Shown: positions 25,486-37,145 of the stretch, one piece after another | Position numbering within the stretch: the stretch's first letter is position 1 | Layout of the letters: each line of letters begins with the position of its first letter | Origin: Camelus dromedarius | Taxonomy: Eukaryota | DNA length: 64,000 nt | Assembly (NCBI RefSeq): GCF_036321535.1 | Contig: NC_087437.1 | Span: 80,354,001-80,418,000 of the forward strand | Direction: 5' to 3' | The notes under the pieces: generated by a model | Seen by the model: the letters and a program-made list of their open reading frames with translations, nothing else | Databases searched by the model: none | What the model was told of the DNA's origin: nothing | Translations under genes and position numbers: made by a program

Positions 25486-26392
25486 ACTACAATACAGATT
25501 TAAAGAGAAAAAATTATAGGATGAGGTAAAAGCAAAATGTTGACAAAACAACATTCATTTGTGATTTTACAAAGAAAGGGGGGAAAAGTCCTCTTAGCAA
25601 ATTAGGAAGAGAACAGAAGTTCCTCAATCTAATGAAGGCATATGTGAAAACTCTTTAGCTAATGTTTTCCTGATGGCAAAATATTAAATGTTTTCTCCCT
25701 AAGATTGGAATAAGGTGAAGATGTCTGCTCTCATTATTTCTATTCAACATTGTGTTCAAGAGCCTACCCAGTTCAATAAGAAAGGGAAAAAGAAATGCAT
25801 GCTGCTAAGGGAAAAAGAAGTGTATTGGTCTTAACTCGTGATGACATGATAGCATATATGAAAAAAAAATCTTTAGTAATATAAAAAACAAAAACTACTA
25901 AAAGTAGTAAGTGAATTCAGCAATTTGCAGATTGCAGTTAACCCAAAAACTTCAACTGTATTTTTATATATAGTAGCAATGAACAGAAAAATAATTTTAA
26001 TGCTATTTACAATAGCATACAAAAATAAATACTTAGAGTAAATTAAAAGCTTTGTGAGACCTCCACAGTACAAACTTCAACTTATTGCTAAGAGAAATTA
26101 AGGAAGATCCTTCCTAAAAGGATGGAAGTATATACCATGTCATGTTCACAGGCCAGATTGAAGGCTCAACATTGTTAAAATATCAATTCTCTTCAAATTG
26201 ATCTATTGATTCAGTGCAATTTCAATAAAAATTCAGGCATACTTCTTTGTAGAATCTGACAGTCTGACACTAGAACTTGAACTTACATAGAAATGCAAAG
26301 GACTTAGAATATCTAAAACAACTTTTTTTTAAAGTTAGTATTGGAGGACTTACTCTACCTTACATCAAGACTCACTTTAAAAATACAGTAAT

Positions 26393-27605
26393 CAACCAGC
26401 ACAAAAACAGATCAATGGAACAGAATGGAGAGGCCAAAAGTAAATCCACTCACGGTCAAGTTATCTACCACAATGGAGGCAAAAGTATACAGTGGAGAAA
26501 AGACAGTCTCTTCAATAAGTGGTGCTGGGAAAACTGGACAGCTACATGCAAAAGAATGAAATCAGAAGAGTCTCTAACACCATATACAAAAATAAACTCA
26601 AAATGAATTAAAGACACAAATGTAAGACCTGAAACCATAAAACTCCTAGAGGAAAACATAAGCAGAACACTCTTTAGCATAAATCAAAGCAGTATTTTTA
26701 TGGATCTGCCTCCTAAAGCAAAGGAAATAAGAGCAAAAATAAACAAATGGGACCTAATTAAACTCAAAAGCTTTTGTACAGCAAAGGAAACCACTGACAA
26801 AATTAAAAGACAACCTACAGAATGGGAGAAAATATTTGCAAATGATATGATTGATAAGCAGTTAATATCCAACATACATAAACAGCTCATATAACTCAAT
26901 ATCATACAAACAAACAACCCAATTAAAAAATGAGCAGAAGACCTGAACAGACATTTTTCCAAAAGAGGACATGCAGATGGCAAACAGGCACATGAAAGGA
27001 TGCTCAGTGTTGCTAATCATGAGGGAAATGCAAACCAAAACCACAATGAGGTATCACCTTACATCTGCCCGAATGGCTATCATCAAAAGGAACACAAATA
27101 AATTTTGGTGAGGATGTGGAGAAAAGGGAATCCTTGCACACTGTTGGCGGGAATATAAATTGATACAGCCTCGTTAGAAAATAGTATGGAGGTTTCTCAA
27201 AACTCAAAACACTCAATATAGAACTACCACATGACCCAGCAATTCCATTCCTGGGTGTATATCGAAAAGAAACAAAACCACTACTTCAAAAAGATACATG
27301 CACCCCAATGTTCATGGCAGCATTATTTACAGTTGCCAAGATACGGAAGCAACCTAAGTGTCCATCAACAAATGAATAGACAAAGAAGATGTGAGAGGCA
27401 ATAGAGGGGTAGGGAATTAAGAGGTACCAAGTATTGTATACAAAATAAGCTACACAGATATCTTATACAACACAGGGAATATAGCCAATATTTTATAACA
27501 ATTATAAATGGAGCATAACCTTTAAAAACTGTGAATCACTGTATTGTATACCTGTAACTTATATTATATTGTGCAGCAACTATACTCAATAAAAAAATAA
27601 AAATA
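26393..27605 (+). mobile_element. Cetartiodactyl-type L1 3' fragment with internal deletion near 27393
   Basis: ORF2 remnants ([32 protein letters not shown]); perfect 14-bp TSD aaaaatacagtaat at 26379-26392 / 27606-27619. Confidence 0.9.
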
Positions 27606-28166
27606 AAAAATACAGTAATAGTGTGGTACCTAGCATATGAATCAACAAATAGATCAAAGTAACAGAATATAGATTTCAGAAATAGACCCACAGAAATTAT
27701 TTTTGACAAGGATTCTAAACAATTTAATAGAGAAAGAAAAGCATTTTCATCAAATGGTGCTAAAACAACTGGAAACTCATTTTAAAAAAAAACCCTACCT
27801 TACACCATACACAATTATGAATTTGAGATGGATCATTGACCTAAATACAAAAGCTAAAACATCTATTAAAAAATATTTTCATATACATATATGTATGTGT
27901 ACATATATGGAAATAACTTTGTGATGTTAGGATAAAGATTTCTTAAACAGGACACCATGAAATAGGCCCATTTAAAGAAAAAAATGGCAAACTGGATTTA
28001 ATCAAAATTAAAAACTTCTGCTCACCAAAAGATGCTGTTAAGAGATGAAAAGGTAAACCACAAATTGAGAGAAAATATTTGTAAAATGTATTTATCACAA
28101 AAAATCTTGTACCCCAAAATATTTAAAGAAACTAATAAGACAAAGAACCCCATCAAAAATAAACTC

Positions 28167-28237
28167 CATTGACACATTGTAAAATTATTGTAAATCAATA
28201 AAAAATGTTTAAAAAAATAATAAATAAATAAATAAAT
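28167..28237 (+). mobile_element. Tiny young camelid-type L1 3' tail
   Basis: ttgacacattgtaaaattattgtaaatcaataaaaaatgttt matches the reverse complement of 8515-8565; TSD aaataaactc at 28157-28166 / 28238-28247. Confidence 0.8.
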
Positions 28238-29074
28238 AAATAAACTCTTAAAAAAGACAGTTCACCAAAGAAGATATAGGAATGGCCAATAAGCATACCA
28301 AAAAGTGCTTAACTTCATTAGTCATCAGGGAAATGCAAGTTAAAGCCACAATGATTACCACTACATAACCACTAAAAAGGATAAAATGAAGAAGACTCAG
28401 AATACCAATTATTAGCAAGGACATACAGCAACAAGAACTCTCATGTATTACAGGTACGCATGTAACATGGAAAGCTGGCAGTCTCCTAAACGGTTAAACA
28501 TACATTCAGCCTATGACTCAGCAGTTTCATTCCCAGGTGTTTATCCAGGAGATATGAAAACCTGTGTGCACAAAAACACCTGTACAAACTGTTCACAGTA
28601 GCTTTACTAGTTATAGCCAAAAGTTAAAAACAGCTCAAATGTCCACCAACTGGAAAGTATATAAACAAACTATGGTATATTCATATAATGCTATGCTACT
28701 CAGCCACAAAAAAGGATAAACTACTGATACACACAACAACAAGAATGAATCTCAAAACATTATGCTAAGTGAAGAGAAGTCAGACACACACACACACTCA
28801 CACCCAAAAACACATGCTATGTGTTTCTATTTATATGAACTTTCAGAACAAGCAAATCTAACCTATGGTGATGGAAACCTGAGCAGCAGTTGCTTCTGGG
28901 AGTTGAGAATGGTCTGGGGAGGGACATGAGACATCTTTCTGGAGTGATGAAAATATTTTCTGTCTCGATAGGGTTGTTTACAAAAGTATACACATTTGTC
29001 AAGTTTTATTGAACTGTATGCTTAATATCTGTGCGTTTCAGCATATGAAAATCATACTTCAAACTAAGCTTTGA

Positions 29075-29262
29075 TGTCAGAAGCCAGTGTGGTTAATGCT
29101 GGAGAGGAAGAAGGGAATATTGCTGGAGAAGGGACGTGAGGTGGGCTTCTGGCTACTGGTAAAGCTGTTGGGTGTGTTGACCTTGCAATCGCTTATTCAT
29201 CTATATACTCTTTTTGTGCCCTCTTCAGTATGCATGTTCTACTACAATAAAGTCTTAAAAAA
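29075..29262 (+). mobile_element. Old L1ME-like 3' end fragment
   Basis: gaagggacgtgaggtgggcttctggctactggtaa...tatgcatgttctactacaataaag. Confidence 0.55.
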
Positions 29263-30779
29263 AGCCTCAGCCAACCATGGCGAATTCTGATGCTAGATTG
29301 TGCCACGTTGGGGTGAGAGGGTGTTTACACTATAAACCTTTACATTTGAGTGTTGGCTTCCCTTGGAAGACAGCATGCTTAGGGGAGACGTGCCCTCCAC
29401 ATGAGGCATGTCCCTCTGAGTGGGCTGACATTGAGGAGGGCTTGCTGGCAGCACTTCCAGCTGACAAGCTGATTAGAGTTCACCCCTGAGGTGGAGGGAT
29501 TTAACCAACTCATCACAATGTTCACTACATGCTTTGTTCCTGAATCTCCTACATAAACTGTTATAATCAACTACAGAATGAAAAGAAAAAAGAAAAAACA
29601 TAGAAACAATGCATTAAGAACAACCCTCAAGAGAGATTCTGGAAATGTATTCTGTAGCTCATGAAAAACATTCTCCTTGGAGGGAAAAAAAAATCTGGCT
29701 GCTAGGTTTTAGGACCTTTATTTAAAGATGGGGTTTTGCCTAATTATTTCTATCAAAAATTACCAGTGTTTCTATGATTCAAACTTCCTCTAACCCTATT
29801 CACTTTTATGCATTCATATTCTCTCAGATCATTTTTTCAACAGCAAAATCTATCAATTTAGCTTAATCCCAATAAAAGTTCCTCAGTGGCTTACATCTCC
29901 TAGATAAATACCCAGGGATGAAACTGCTGAGTCATAGGTTGATCAAAATTAAGGAATATTCTACAAATTGATCCGCAAATGCATTATTTTCTAATCTTAC
30001 CCAAAAACAGATCAGAACAGTTCACATTCACTTAGAATGGACAACAGTTGTTAACCATACACATCTGCCTGGACCACCCAGGCATGCCACAGAAGATGAG
30101 AAGGTGGGAGATAAATTCTGTAAATGTTCAGGAGGCTGTCATGTCAGTTAAATTTTTAGGGGCTTAGTAGTCTGGAGCATTCTGGACATTTCCTCCAAAG
30201 CAAAGCATAGATTATTTTACTTTGTACCTCTCATCAAGAAGTATAACACGTAACAGTCTTCTTCGAGTTCTGGAGGAAGTATATTCCATACCTGGGATAT
30301 TACTTCTACCCATTTACTATGGGGCCCAAAGCAGGAAAGGAGAGAGCAGGCCCAGGTTACGGTGCAAGTGGCCCTGCTTCTTGAATCATATGACCAGTAG
30401 TCACGATCACATTGGATGTGTCAGTAGTGGGAAAAGGTGTGAACTTCACAACAGCATTAGCAAGAGAACAAGACCATATCCCCTGCAGTGGCAAATTATA
30501 CACCTTACAAACAACAAATTCTGCTGCACTACTGAGCCATGACAGAGATGGAGAGCTTGGTCCTAGGACATCAAGTGAATACTGTGCCAGAAATGCTGAT
30601 CATAAGCCATCAGACCCACAAAATCATAAGACCAGAGGGCCCAGCAGCAGGCCTTCATAAGATACGAGTGGAACACCTGAGACTGAGCATGAAGAGGGCC
30701 TAAGGGTTCAAGCCAGCTCCATGAGCAGGCAGCCTAGATCCACACATCATTGTCATCCATAGCTACATGGCCGTATGTG

Positions 30780-31166
30780 TGAGCTGATACAGATATTACA
30801 TCCTAGATATTTTGGTCAAACACTATTATATGTGGTTTTTGGATGAGATTAACATTGAAACGGGTAGACTGAATAAAGATTATCATCCAGGATGTGGGTG
30901 AGTCTTATCCAATCAATTGAAGACCTAAATGGAAAGGCTGATCCTCCCCTGAATATGATAATTCGCCTGCCTGTTGGCCTTCAAACTAAGACATCTCTTC
31001 TTCCTGACTCTACCACAACTTTTGGCCTTTGGACTCAAAAGGGAACACTGGTTCTGGAGATTTTGGCTTTGCCAGCCTCCATAATTGTATGAGCCAATTC
31101 CTCATAATAAATCTCTTTATATATATCCTGTTGGTTCTGTTTCTCTGGAGAACTGTGACTAATACT
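30780..31166 (+). mobile_element. MLT2-family (ERVL) LTR inserted in ERVL pol
   Basis: ttttggatgagattaacattga, atccaatcaattgaagacct, tcctgttggttctgtttctctggagaactgtgactaatac. Confidence 0.85.
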
Positions 31167-31797
31167 CATGAAGGGGAAAATGATTAAGCACAGTCCATGG
31201 ATGGGTCAGCTCAGTATGTGATGTAAATAAGCCTAAACAGAGTGGACAATTTACATTCCTATTCAAGGGTGGCCCTGCAAGAGAGTGGTGAGAGGAAATT
31301 CTCCTATTGGGCTGAGCTTTGGGTGGTACACATGGTCATCTGCTTGAGATTAAAAAAAAAAAAAAAGGTGGTAGGGAGTGACCCATGGGGAATGGCTTAG
31401 CACAGTTGATCAAGGTCTTGGAAGGAAAAATATTGAAAGACTGGAGTCAAGGAAATCTATAGTAGGAGCACATGGATGGACATATGGAAGTAGAGTCAAA
31501 GCCTGAAGGTTCTGTATTGCATATGATGCCTGAAGAGAACGTATGACAGAAAAGGCACTAAAACCACAGAGGTACACAAAATGATTTGACAGTACACATA
31601 GGTCAGCTTCTGCACTGGCCATCCTCTTGCATTGGGCACGTGGACAAAGTAGTCGTGGTGGCAGAAATGGCGGCTATGCATGAGCTGAAATGCATGGGGT
31701 CCCAATTACCAAAGCTGATCTAGCTGATCTACCAAATCGCCTCCTGCCAACAACAGAGATCAACCCTAAATCCCCGTTACGGGATTCACAATGAGAC

Positions 31798-32358
31798 TGT
31801 GGTAGCTTGTCTCCAGCGTGGCCACCACTGAGTCTTTTCTTCCCTGTATGTACCTGGCCTCTCCCCATAAAGAGGTAAAATCTATTCCCCTTTTCACTTG
31901 GATCCAGGCTAAGCCTTAATGACTCACTTAACAATAAAAATACAGACATTCTGGAACTTCCAAAGCTAAGCTAAAAGAAGCCTTGCAACTGCCACCTGGA
32001 CCTCTCAGAATGCTCTTTCCTGGAACTCTTGTTTAAGAGAAACCAGCCGTCAAATAACAAATCAGACTTCTACCTTGAGACAACCATGCTGTGAGAAGAT
32101 CAAGCCATCTAGAGAGGCCTTGAAGAACGAGACATCATGTAGAAAGAGAGAGGGGGGCCAAGGTGGAGACACCAGACATCTGAGGAAAGAGCCACCTTAG
32201 CAGTGACTCCTCTAGCCTTAGATGCCCCAGCAGCCATGTGAATAGGACACATACCGCCCAGCTGAGTTCTTCCTGACTACCTAAACTAAGAAACCATGAG
32301 CAAAATAGAATTGTTATTTTAAGCCACTAAGTGATGGGGTGATTTATTACACAATAAT
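31798..32358 (+). mobile_element. MaLR LTR (MLT1G/H-like) inserted in ERVL pol
   Basis: tgtggtagc start, ccatgctgtgagaagatcaagcc, ttgttattttaagccactaagt...ttattacacaata end. Confidence 0.8.
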
Positions 32359-33014
32359 AAAGACCAACTAGCCAGTTGGTGGCAAGCTGATTGCTTTAGA
32401 TCCCTTCCACCTTGGAAAAGGCAATGATTCATTCTGACACTAATATGCAAATATTCCAGGTAAGGGTTAACCTCCCCTATTTGCCAGCCTGAAAACTTAG
32501 AAAGTATTTGACCCACTGTTCCCAGCATCCCACATTATCATAGCAAGAGAACAACAGCAAAGGAAGTGCAGGGGTTAGCACATGCCCATGGAATCTACTA
32601 GTCATAGCACACTGTACCAAGAAGAACGTGCTTAAATGAGAGAGCAGAGGCAATACCTTGCAAAGTCAGAGTGCTGTCCTTTAAAATGTTGTATTCAAAT
32701 CATTGACCTTTACATGGTTCCTAGTAGGTCCCTAACAGGTGGAGTACATGGGTCCAGAAAGTAAGAAGTGGATGTAGAAGTGGCCCCATTTACCATCACT
32801 CCTGGTGACCCATTCGGGGAGTCTCTCCAAGTTCCTGGGGAAGCTTCCTGTTGTTGCAACTCAGGGCTCTTCAGAATTAGAGGCCTCGGTTCCCAAAAGA
32901 GGAACCTCTCCATCAGCAGAAACAGGTAAAGTCCCGCCGACCGCCATGGTGCCTCTGCCTCCCGATCCCTTTAGTGTCTCACCCCGTGGTATCAGCAGGC
33001 AATCCGAGGAATCA

Positions 33015-33192
33015 TTTGGTGTGGGCTGCCCCAGGGAACATGACTTTGGGAGAGGTGGCGGTCTTCAGTAATCCTGAAGAGAACTGTAGCTAAAGGATAA
33101 ATGTTGACAGCACTGCCAGCAGCCAGAGATGTAAGACTTTCTGTCTGGTAGGAGCATCTGAGCAGGGCACAATACTAGTTCGTATCTACTCC
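33015..33192 (-). mobile_element. LTR16-like (ERVL) fragment
   Basis: gggctgcccc...catgactttgggagaggtggc...cagcactgccagcagc...atctgagcagggcac. Confidence 0.5.
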
Positions 33193-33359
33193 ACATTGTA
33201 TTTGGAGAAGGTAACAGGAAGGACCTTGTACTTCATTTGTAGATATTTATACTTGACCTCAATAAAATTCCTTGTAGTTGTAAAAGTAAACCCAAGAGGC
33301 CTTATTTGAGCCTTCACTGTAGAAGCTGAAAACCTTAGTGAAAAAATAAAGGTTTTCAA

Positions 33360-33600
33360 CTGACCAATGGAGAAGAGTAAGGAGTCCCAAAACAGGTCCA
33401 GACAGATAAAATCAACTAACTTGACAAGGTGACACTGTGGTTTAGTAGAGACAGGATAGTCTTTGTCATAAATAGTGCTGGGTAAATTGTATTTCCAGCT
33501 GAAAAATAATGCATTTTGATACCTACCTCACATCATACTAAAAAGGTAACTGCAGGCAGATTAGAGATCTAATTGCAAAGGATAAGCTTTTAGAGGAAAA
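33360..33600 (+). mobile_element. Old L1 ORF2 fragment
   Basis: ccaatggagaagagtaaggagtccca...cataaatagtgctggg...tacctcacatcatac. Confidence 0.6.
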
Positions 33601-33864
33601 CAAGTCGTTCTGCATTTCCCAGCACACGGACATCCTGCTCTCCACCTAGTCACTTTCCATCCCTGCACCTCCCCACTCCTTCCTCCTCAGCTGATGAGCC
33701 CTGAGAAAGTCATCATCACAAGGGGGAAGACTCGTAGCGTCTGCCCGACAATAAACCCACCTGAATTTATGCCCATATTCTCTATTTTCTTACTAAAATA
33801 GAAGCTCTACCTCTGTCCTATCCAAAGTAAAACAAGCAAGTAAAAAACAAAAAAACCATTTTCT

Positions 33865-34022
33865 GGGCCCTCTCTCTGTGCCTCAGTTTCCTTACCTGTA
33901 AGCAAAGTAAGACCAATAATAGATCCTTCATTGGGTTATGATGAATATTAAAATAGTGAGATGTAAAAATAGTTAAAATATGGACTGGCTCATAGCAAGC
34001 ACTAAATAAGTGTCAGTTACTA
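33865..34022 (+). mobile_element. MIR SINE
   Basis: ctctctgtgcctcagtttccttacctgtaa...ctggctcatagcaagcactaaataagtg. Confidence 0.75.
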
Positions 34023-34029
34023 CTCTACC

Positions 34030-34810
34030 TAGCACAATATCTTGAGGAAGTTGATATATTTATGGTCTCTGTTTCCTCACCTCTCATTCACTCTTAAAAT
34101 CAAATAGCATTGCACCCATGCAAAAGCCTCTCTAAAGTCTTCCCACTGCATGTGGGATAAAATTCTAATCCCTTACCATGTAGTCTATGAGGCCCTTGTC
34201 GTGTCAGCTGGCCCCAGTCATCTCATATTTCCTTAAATTCTCCATTCTGTTTAATCACTGTGCCTCAGATAACATTACCTTTTCCTTTTCCTTCCCTCCA
34301 ATATTCCGAGGTCATTCTGGTCTTTGTAATTGTTGTTTTCTTTCTTATTTGCCATCCCCTATAGGTCACCAGGGAAGTAGACAGCATGTCTGCTTTCTCA
34401 TCAGTGAATCCCCAAACACCCAGAATGATGTCTGCTACATAGTAAGGGCTCAAAAAACTTTTGTGTGGACATCCAGAATTAGCTGATGAAAACCCCATTT
34501 TAACCTGGCTTCCTTCCACATCATGCCAGTGAGCCTGCTCCATGTTTCCACATCCTATAGACTCATCTCTCCACATATGTTATTCTATTTTCCCTGTGAG
34601 TTCACAGTTCACTCCATGAAGCTCTCCTCTTGGGTTTTTGTGAGACCACTCTTTCCTGATTTCTCTCCAATCTTATCGTGTTTTCTGCTGCTAACTATTC
34701 TAGGCATCCTCGCCCTCTTTGGATATCTAAATTTTGAGTGTGTCAGGCAGGGCTGGATCTTGAGAATTCTCTCCTTAGGTGACCCGTGTCATCTGTGCCA
34801 AACCTGACAT
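34030..34810 (+). mobile_element. L2 fragments
   Basis: ggataaaattctaatcccttaccatg...aggcccttgtcgtgtcagctggcccc; acatagtaagggctcaaaaaac; ctcctcttgggtttttgtgagaccactctttcctgattt. Confidence 0.55.
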
Positions 34811-36707
34811 GTTCCTTCATTGCCGTGAACAGATCAGTTAGACAGAGGGGAGGAATTCTGGCTTTCTCCATCACCAATGGAATTTCTCCTTAGACACCTG
34901 AATCTTCAGAATAGGCAAGATGATTTCTTCACGTGCAAGGTGGAAGTCAGGGAAATCCCTTATCAATTCACGGCCTCGCCTTTGGAGTTTTGTGATACTC
35001 TCAGGCTCCGGCTGTCTGCCCTCCTAGCCTGAATTTTGCTGCTTCTCTCTGCCCAGGCTTGCCGCCCGCTATTCCCTTAATCTGTCACTCGCCCACTCCC
35101 AGCACCTTTGTTCTCACACTACACCCTCTCTGTACCTCCTATTTGTACGTCGATCACGTGCTCTCTGCCCACACACGGGTGGGGTAGGACAGCCAGGCAG
35201 TCATGCGTGAGAAGAGGAAGAGCAATTAACGTCACACACATTTTATCACATAAATCACCTCCCTGAATGGATGTAACTCAGCATGCTTTCTCTCTCATTC
35301 ATCCGCCACTTCTGAACGCTCCCCTCCAACAGTCACTCTGCCCTTCCCGCAGAGGTTAGCCAAGGATACTAGGCTGACCACAGAGCCACAATGTCGGAAA
35401 TCTAAAGAAAGAATCAACAGAAACGAATAAGCTACGGTACTTGCATTTCTCCCATTCTCTTTCTGGCCAATTCAAACACTATTTAATCTGTGTAAATCAG
35501 GGCCATGTTTTGAAAAGGGCATCACCTTAAAGCAGAGGAAGGGGATTAAAGACTGTCCCTTCAAACACAAAGATCTGACTAGATGTTAACAGGCAGAGAA
35601 CGTTACAGCTTTAAGTCTCCGCAAAATTTTTGCTTGGTAATAGATGCATTTTTCCTTTTGCCTGATACAGTCCCTTTGTTAGTAGAGTCAACAAACGAAG
35701 AGCGGCAAGGGAAAGAAAGGCTAATCTAGTTATTCTTGCTCTACTTGCCTGGGCAGACATGTCTGTCAGAATTAGGAAGCTGATCACCAGTGAGGGAAGA
35801 CACGTCTTCACCAAGAAAACCTGCCTAGAAAGAAATCCTCTGGGGTCTATAATTCTAGAAAATAATGGGTGGCAACAAAAAATCATGACTTTAACTATTT
35901 TATTTACTACATAATTCCTGTTCATCATTTGTTTCAACTTATTCTAAACTACCTCAGCAGAAAGAAACGTTAAATCACTTGCAAGTCCTGTATGTACCGA
36001 GCTCACCTCCTGGCATCAAGGCTGCAGCTCAGGAAGTTGACTAGTTTATTTCCTTTCTCCTACTTTAGCATGGGGAGGGGCTGTTTTATGGTTTGTTTTC
36101 AGGAGGAACAGTGCAGGTCCATGCTGCACCAGGTTCCTAAGAGAAAACCAAGGTCAGTATTATACAGGAGACATAAGCCACATCACCCCTTAGGAACAAA
36201 AAAAAAGAACAAGAGAAATGGCAATAGACCACAGCTTTAAATAAATGTGTGGAAGACGAAAACTGGATGAAGGTGTGGTGACTGGTTTAACTCAGTAGAG
36301 GACGGTGAACTCTAAACACAACACCCACAGTGAGGTCGGCAAAGAGAAGCAAGCTTGTCCACCCACACATAAGCACTGCTGGATGGATAGTCAGTCTACC
36401 CCAGCAAATCTCCTTGAGAGCAGGAAGGAATCTGTCCTCACTCAGGTTTTAATCCCAGAACCTAATAAAATGGTTGGCTGCTAATAGGGGCGCAAAAAGT
36501 ATTTGTGAGTAAAAAGAGTGAACACATTTATTTGTTAATATCTCTACAGGTAGCCCTATTTACTTGATTCAGCCTTTAAAATCACGTTCTACATTCAAGA
36601 TTTTCCTTCGGGAGCTGGCCTGACACTACAGCTTTATTATTTAGACAGAATTCATGAAATGAACCAGCAAGAGATGACAAAGAGATAGTGTTGACAGAGT
36701 ACAATGT

Positions 36708-37145
36708 GGTCTTAGTTTTCTTTGGCTGCTGAGTGGCTTAAAAGAACATAAATTTTTTATCTCACAGTTCTCAAGGTCAGCTGTGTTTCTTTCTGGAAGC
36801 TCCAGGGGAGAATCCATCTCGTTGACTTTCTGAGCTTCGAGAGGCCGCCCACATGCGCTGGCTCACAGCCCCCTCCCCCATTTTCAAAGCCAGCAAGAGT
36901 AGGATGAGCCCTCACAGCATATCTACCTCATCCTCACTCCATTGTCACCTCTCTCTCTGACCCAGCTAGGGAAGTGGCTCAACTTTTAACTACTTGTGTG
37001 ATTAGACTGGCCCTACTTAGATAATCCAGGATAATCTCTCATGTCAAGACCTTTATCTTAATTACACCTGCAAAGCCCCTTTTCATGTGTAAAGTAATAT
37101 AATTCACAATGGACGTCTTGGGGAGCTGTTATTTCGCCCACCACA
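36708..37145 (-). mobile_element. MaLR LTR (MLT1C/D-like)
   Basis: tcttagttttctttggctgct, atctcacagttct, ctccaggggagaatcc, ataatccaggataatctc, ttatttcgcccaccaca; TSD-like aatgt / catgt. Confidence 0.85.

Larger units (their letters stand above)
18830..29065 (+). mobile_element. Old near-full-length L1 (L1MC/MD/ME-like) host with at least 8 nested insertions
   Basis: 5' region 18830-19960, ORF1 remnants 20348-22400, ORF2 remnants 22740-28700 in colinear order, 3' end at ~29065; host sequence resumes across each insertion; 5' boundary uncertain. Confidence 0.72.
29965..33005 (+). mobile_element. ERVL internal region: degraded pol (RT, RNase H, integrase) and dUTPase
   Basis: Degenerate ERVL motifs in order: gcaaatgcattattttct (ANA.FS), aggtgggagataaat (WEIN), gttaaatttttaggg (VKFLG), ttctggaggaagtatattcca (FWR..IP), tgggctgagctt (WAEL), tggtggcaagctgat (WWQ.D), ttagaggcctcggttcccaaaagagga (LE..VPK.G). 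Confidence 0.8.
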
